From assembly GCF_963921235.1 (NCBI RefSeq), contig NC_086118.1:16370001-16434000 (forward strand): a DNA stretch of 64,000 bases. Reading direction: 5' to 3'. The position numbers were made by a program, and so were the translations under genes. The stretch's first letter is position 1. The number at the start of each line of letters is the position of its first letter. This stretch comes from Mobula hypostoma. Its lineage: Eukaryota. Under the pieces are notes generated by a model that ran no database searches, had not been told where the DNA came from, and saw only the letters and a list, made by a program, of their open reading frames with translations. This document shows, piece by piece, positions 62,236-64,000 of this stretch.

Positions 62236-63052
62236 TCTTACGTACCCTGTAACCGGGTTGCCAAACCAGCAGAAATGGAACACGTGTTGGAGTCTGTGAT
62301 TACTAGGAACTAATAAAGTTTTATCAAAGAAACAAGTAATACAGTACACTAATTGCAAGGATATAAATGTAACAGGTTAGCAATGATAATACACACATAT
62401 ACACAGAAATAGGTTAATAGGAATCAACCAAGCTCTATTGCAGTCTAGGGGTAAAGTGATCGGTCTTAAGTGAAGCAGAGTTCAGTTCAGTCTAGTGTAG
62501 TTCGAAGTAATTGCTGTTGTTGTACCGTTGGAGAGGGAGAGAGAGAGAATGAGAGATGCAGTTGGTTTCAGGCAAACATTTTCGATAGCCTTCTGATCCA
62601 GCTGTGGTCACGAACAGTGACCCCTCCGTTCCGGATGCGATCGTTCTTCCGAGGTGAACCCGGCACCCAGGCAAGGGCGGACACACATCAGGTTCCCACC
62701 GATCGTACCTTTACACCCTGTGAGCCCATGACCGATTCCCGCGAACCAGTCCTCCAAACTCCCACCACCTTGTGGGGCACACTGCTCTTTCCAGGGTCTC
62801 GTGGCGTGTGTCGTGCCTTAGCAAACCTGCTATTTTTATCCCCTGCCAGGGTATCACCTGTCCATCAAACCTCAAACAGTTCAGGTTCAAAGCAAACGGC
62901 CTGTTACAGACGCCAACATCAGAATTGTGTTTCTTTCTCGTTAATCTCTCTCTTCTCTCTTATTAGCATTTTGAATGTTTCTCCATTGTCTTCCGTTATC
63001 TCTCTCATTAGCATCATCCGTCCTGCAGCTCTGCTTGGCGTCACACATGACA
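62236..63052 (-). mobile_element. Solo LTR of the Gmr1-like family
   Basis: End matches the LTR A U5 terminus. Shares aacccggcacccaggcaagggcggacacac. 4-bp TSD CCAG (62232-62235, 63053-63056). Confidence 0.9.
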
Positions 63053-64000
63053 CCAGTAACAACCAGGAGGCTCTTTCCCCATTACCCCAATGGCCTTTTG
63101 ACAGATCAGTGGCCTGATTATTACTGTTGAATACATCTGATTGAGACTTAGTAACAAATACATTTAAATGAATAAGAGAATTATTTCAGAATTTAAAAAA
63201 ATAGTTTTCCTTAGAAATAAGAAATTAACAGAAGTCTGAAGGGAAAGTAAAAAAAGAAAATTTAACAAGTTTCTTATTGGCACTTGACCTTTTAATATAA
63301 GGTGTGTTGCTCTGTATTAAATTTTATTAAAATATTAGATGAAAGTCTGAACAATTCCAAGCGACACTTAAGCTCTTTATGAGCTTGCAGCATGTGAAGT
63401 GTCTGTACACGTTAAACACTATAGATTGGTTAAATGTTTGCTAATAGCCTCTGATTCTTTCTTAGCCTCAGGCACTAGTGGCATGATAGTATCTGTCTCT
63501 CAATGCTTTCAGTGCTTGTGCTGTCTCTCAATGTGTTTCTCAATGCTTGTGGATTGAACCCCTCTTTATTGAGGTACCTTTCAACTGGTTCTTGGGACTT
63601 CACCTAGACCAAAGATTGCGATCGATAGATGCCTAGGATGGACCCAGGGTGATTTCACGAGTCAGAATTTTGTTACCCTGACAACAGTGACAATCAAGCT
63701 GCAACTGAGAATTGTGAGCCCTGAGATCTCTGTGGAAATTTTTGTAACTTATTACATAATATTTAGTGTGGTTCCTTTCTGCGTTTGTTTTATGATAATT
63801 TACTTTGTTGTACTAGTATACTTATTACTACATTTCCTGGGCACTTTGAATTAGTTTGGGTCCTTTGGGTCTGATCAGCCCAGCCCATTACATAAGGTAA
63901 GGCAACAGATACACACAGAATGGCAAAATCAAGCCGAACATATACCTAGTCTTGGTTACAGATTCACAGTTATTATAGTGGTACCATTCCTTGTGTTCTA

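Larger units (their letters stand above)
15080..63113 (-). pseudogene. Dispersed exon relics of a large degenerate gene, tentatively RNF213-like (E3 region)
   Basis: Non-repetitive minus-strand segments with AG and often GT boundaries and coding-like translations at about 63113-62141, 60777-60190, 59745-59480, 25148-24963, 22800-22615, 22520-22370, 21545-21040, 20907-20808, 20474-20380, 16249-15800 and 15154-15080. Several carry stops. Identity rests on weak remembered motif similarity and colinear order only. Confidence 0.4.

Noticed and set aside
62470..63117. 215-aa ORF
   Set aside because: Lies almost wholly in the antisense strand of a solo LTR; no protein motifs.

Overview
Eukaryotic, repeat-saturated vertebrate DNA, most likely a ray or shark (inferred from the HE1/V-SINE-like, CR1, Rex1/Babar and Penelope repeat mix). 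No intact host gene is evident. (1) A class III (ERV-S/ERV-L-like) endogenous retrovirus with a tRNA-Ser PBS and a gamma-type env lies in pieces across 1-18.9 kb. It can be re-joined using target-site duplications now sitting in inverted or displaced positions. (2) A second, older, apparently pol-less gag+env provirus of the same kind lies at 49.7-56.9 kb. (3) A nest of Gmr1-like Gypsy elements includes a very young 4.94-kb copy whose single 984-aa ORF keeps Gag and protease but has lost the integrase and RT catalytic cores. (4) There is a decayed chromodomain Gypsy element, plus CR1, Rex1/Babar, RTE, Hero, Penelope (with minimal hammerhead ribozymes), hAT and Tc1 fossils. (5) Scattered minus-strand exon-like relics tentatively resemble the E3 half of RNF213, suggesting a dead gene that became a TE sink. 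All family calls come from motif recognition by eye, not database searches.
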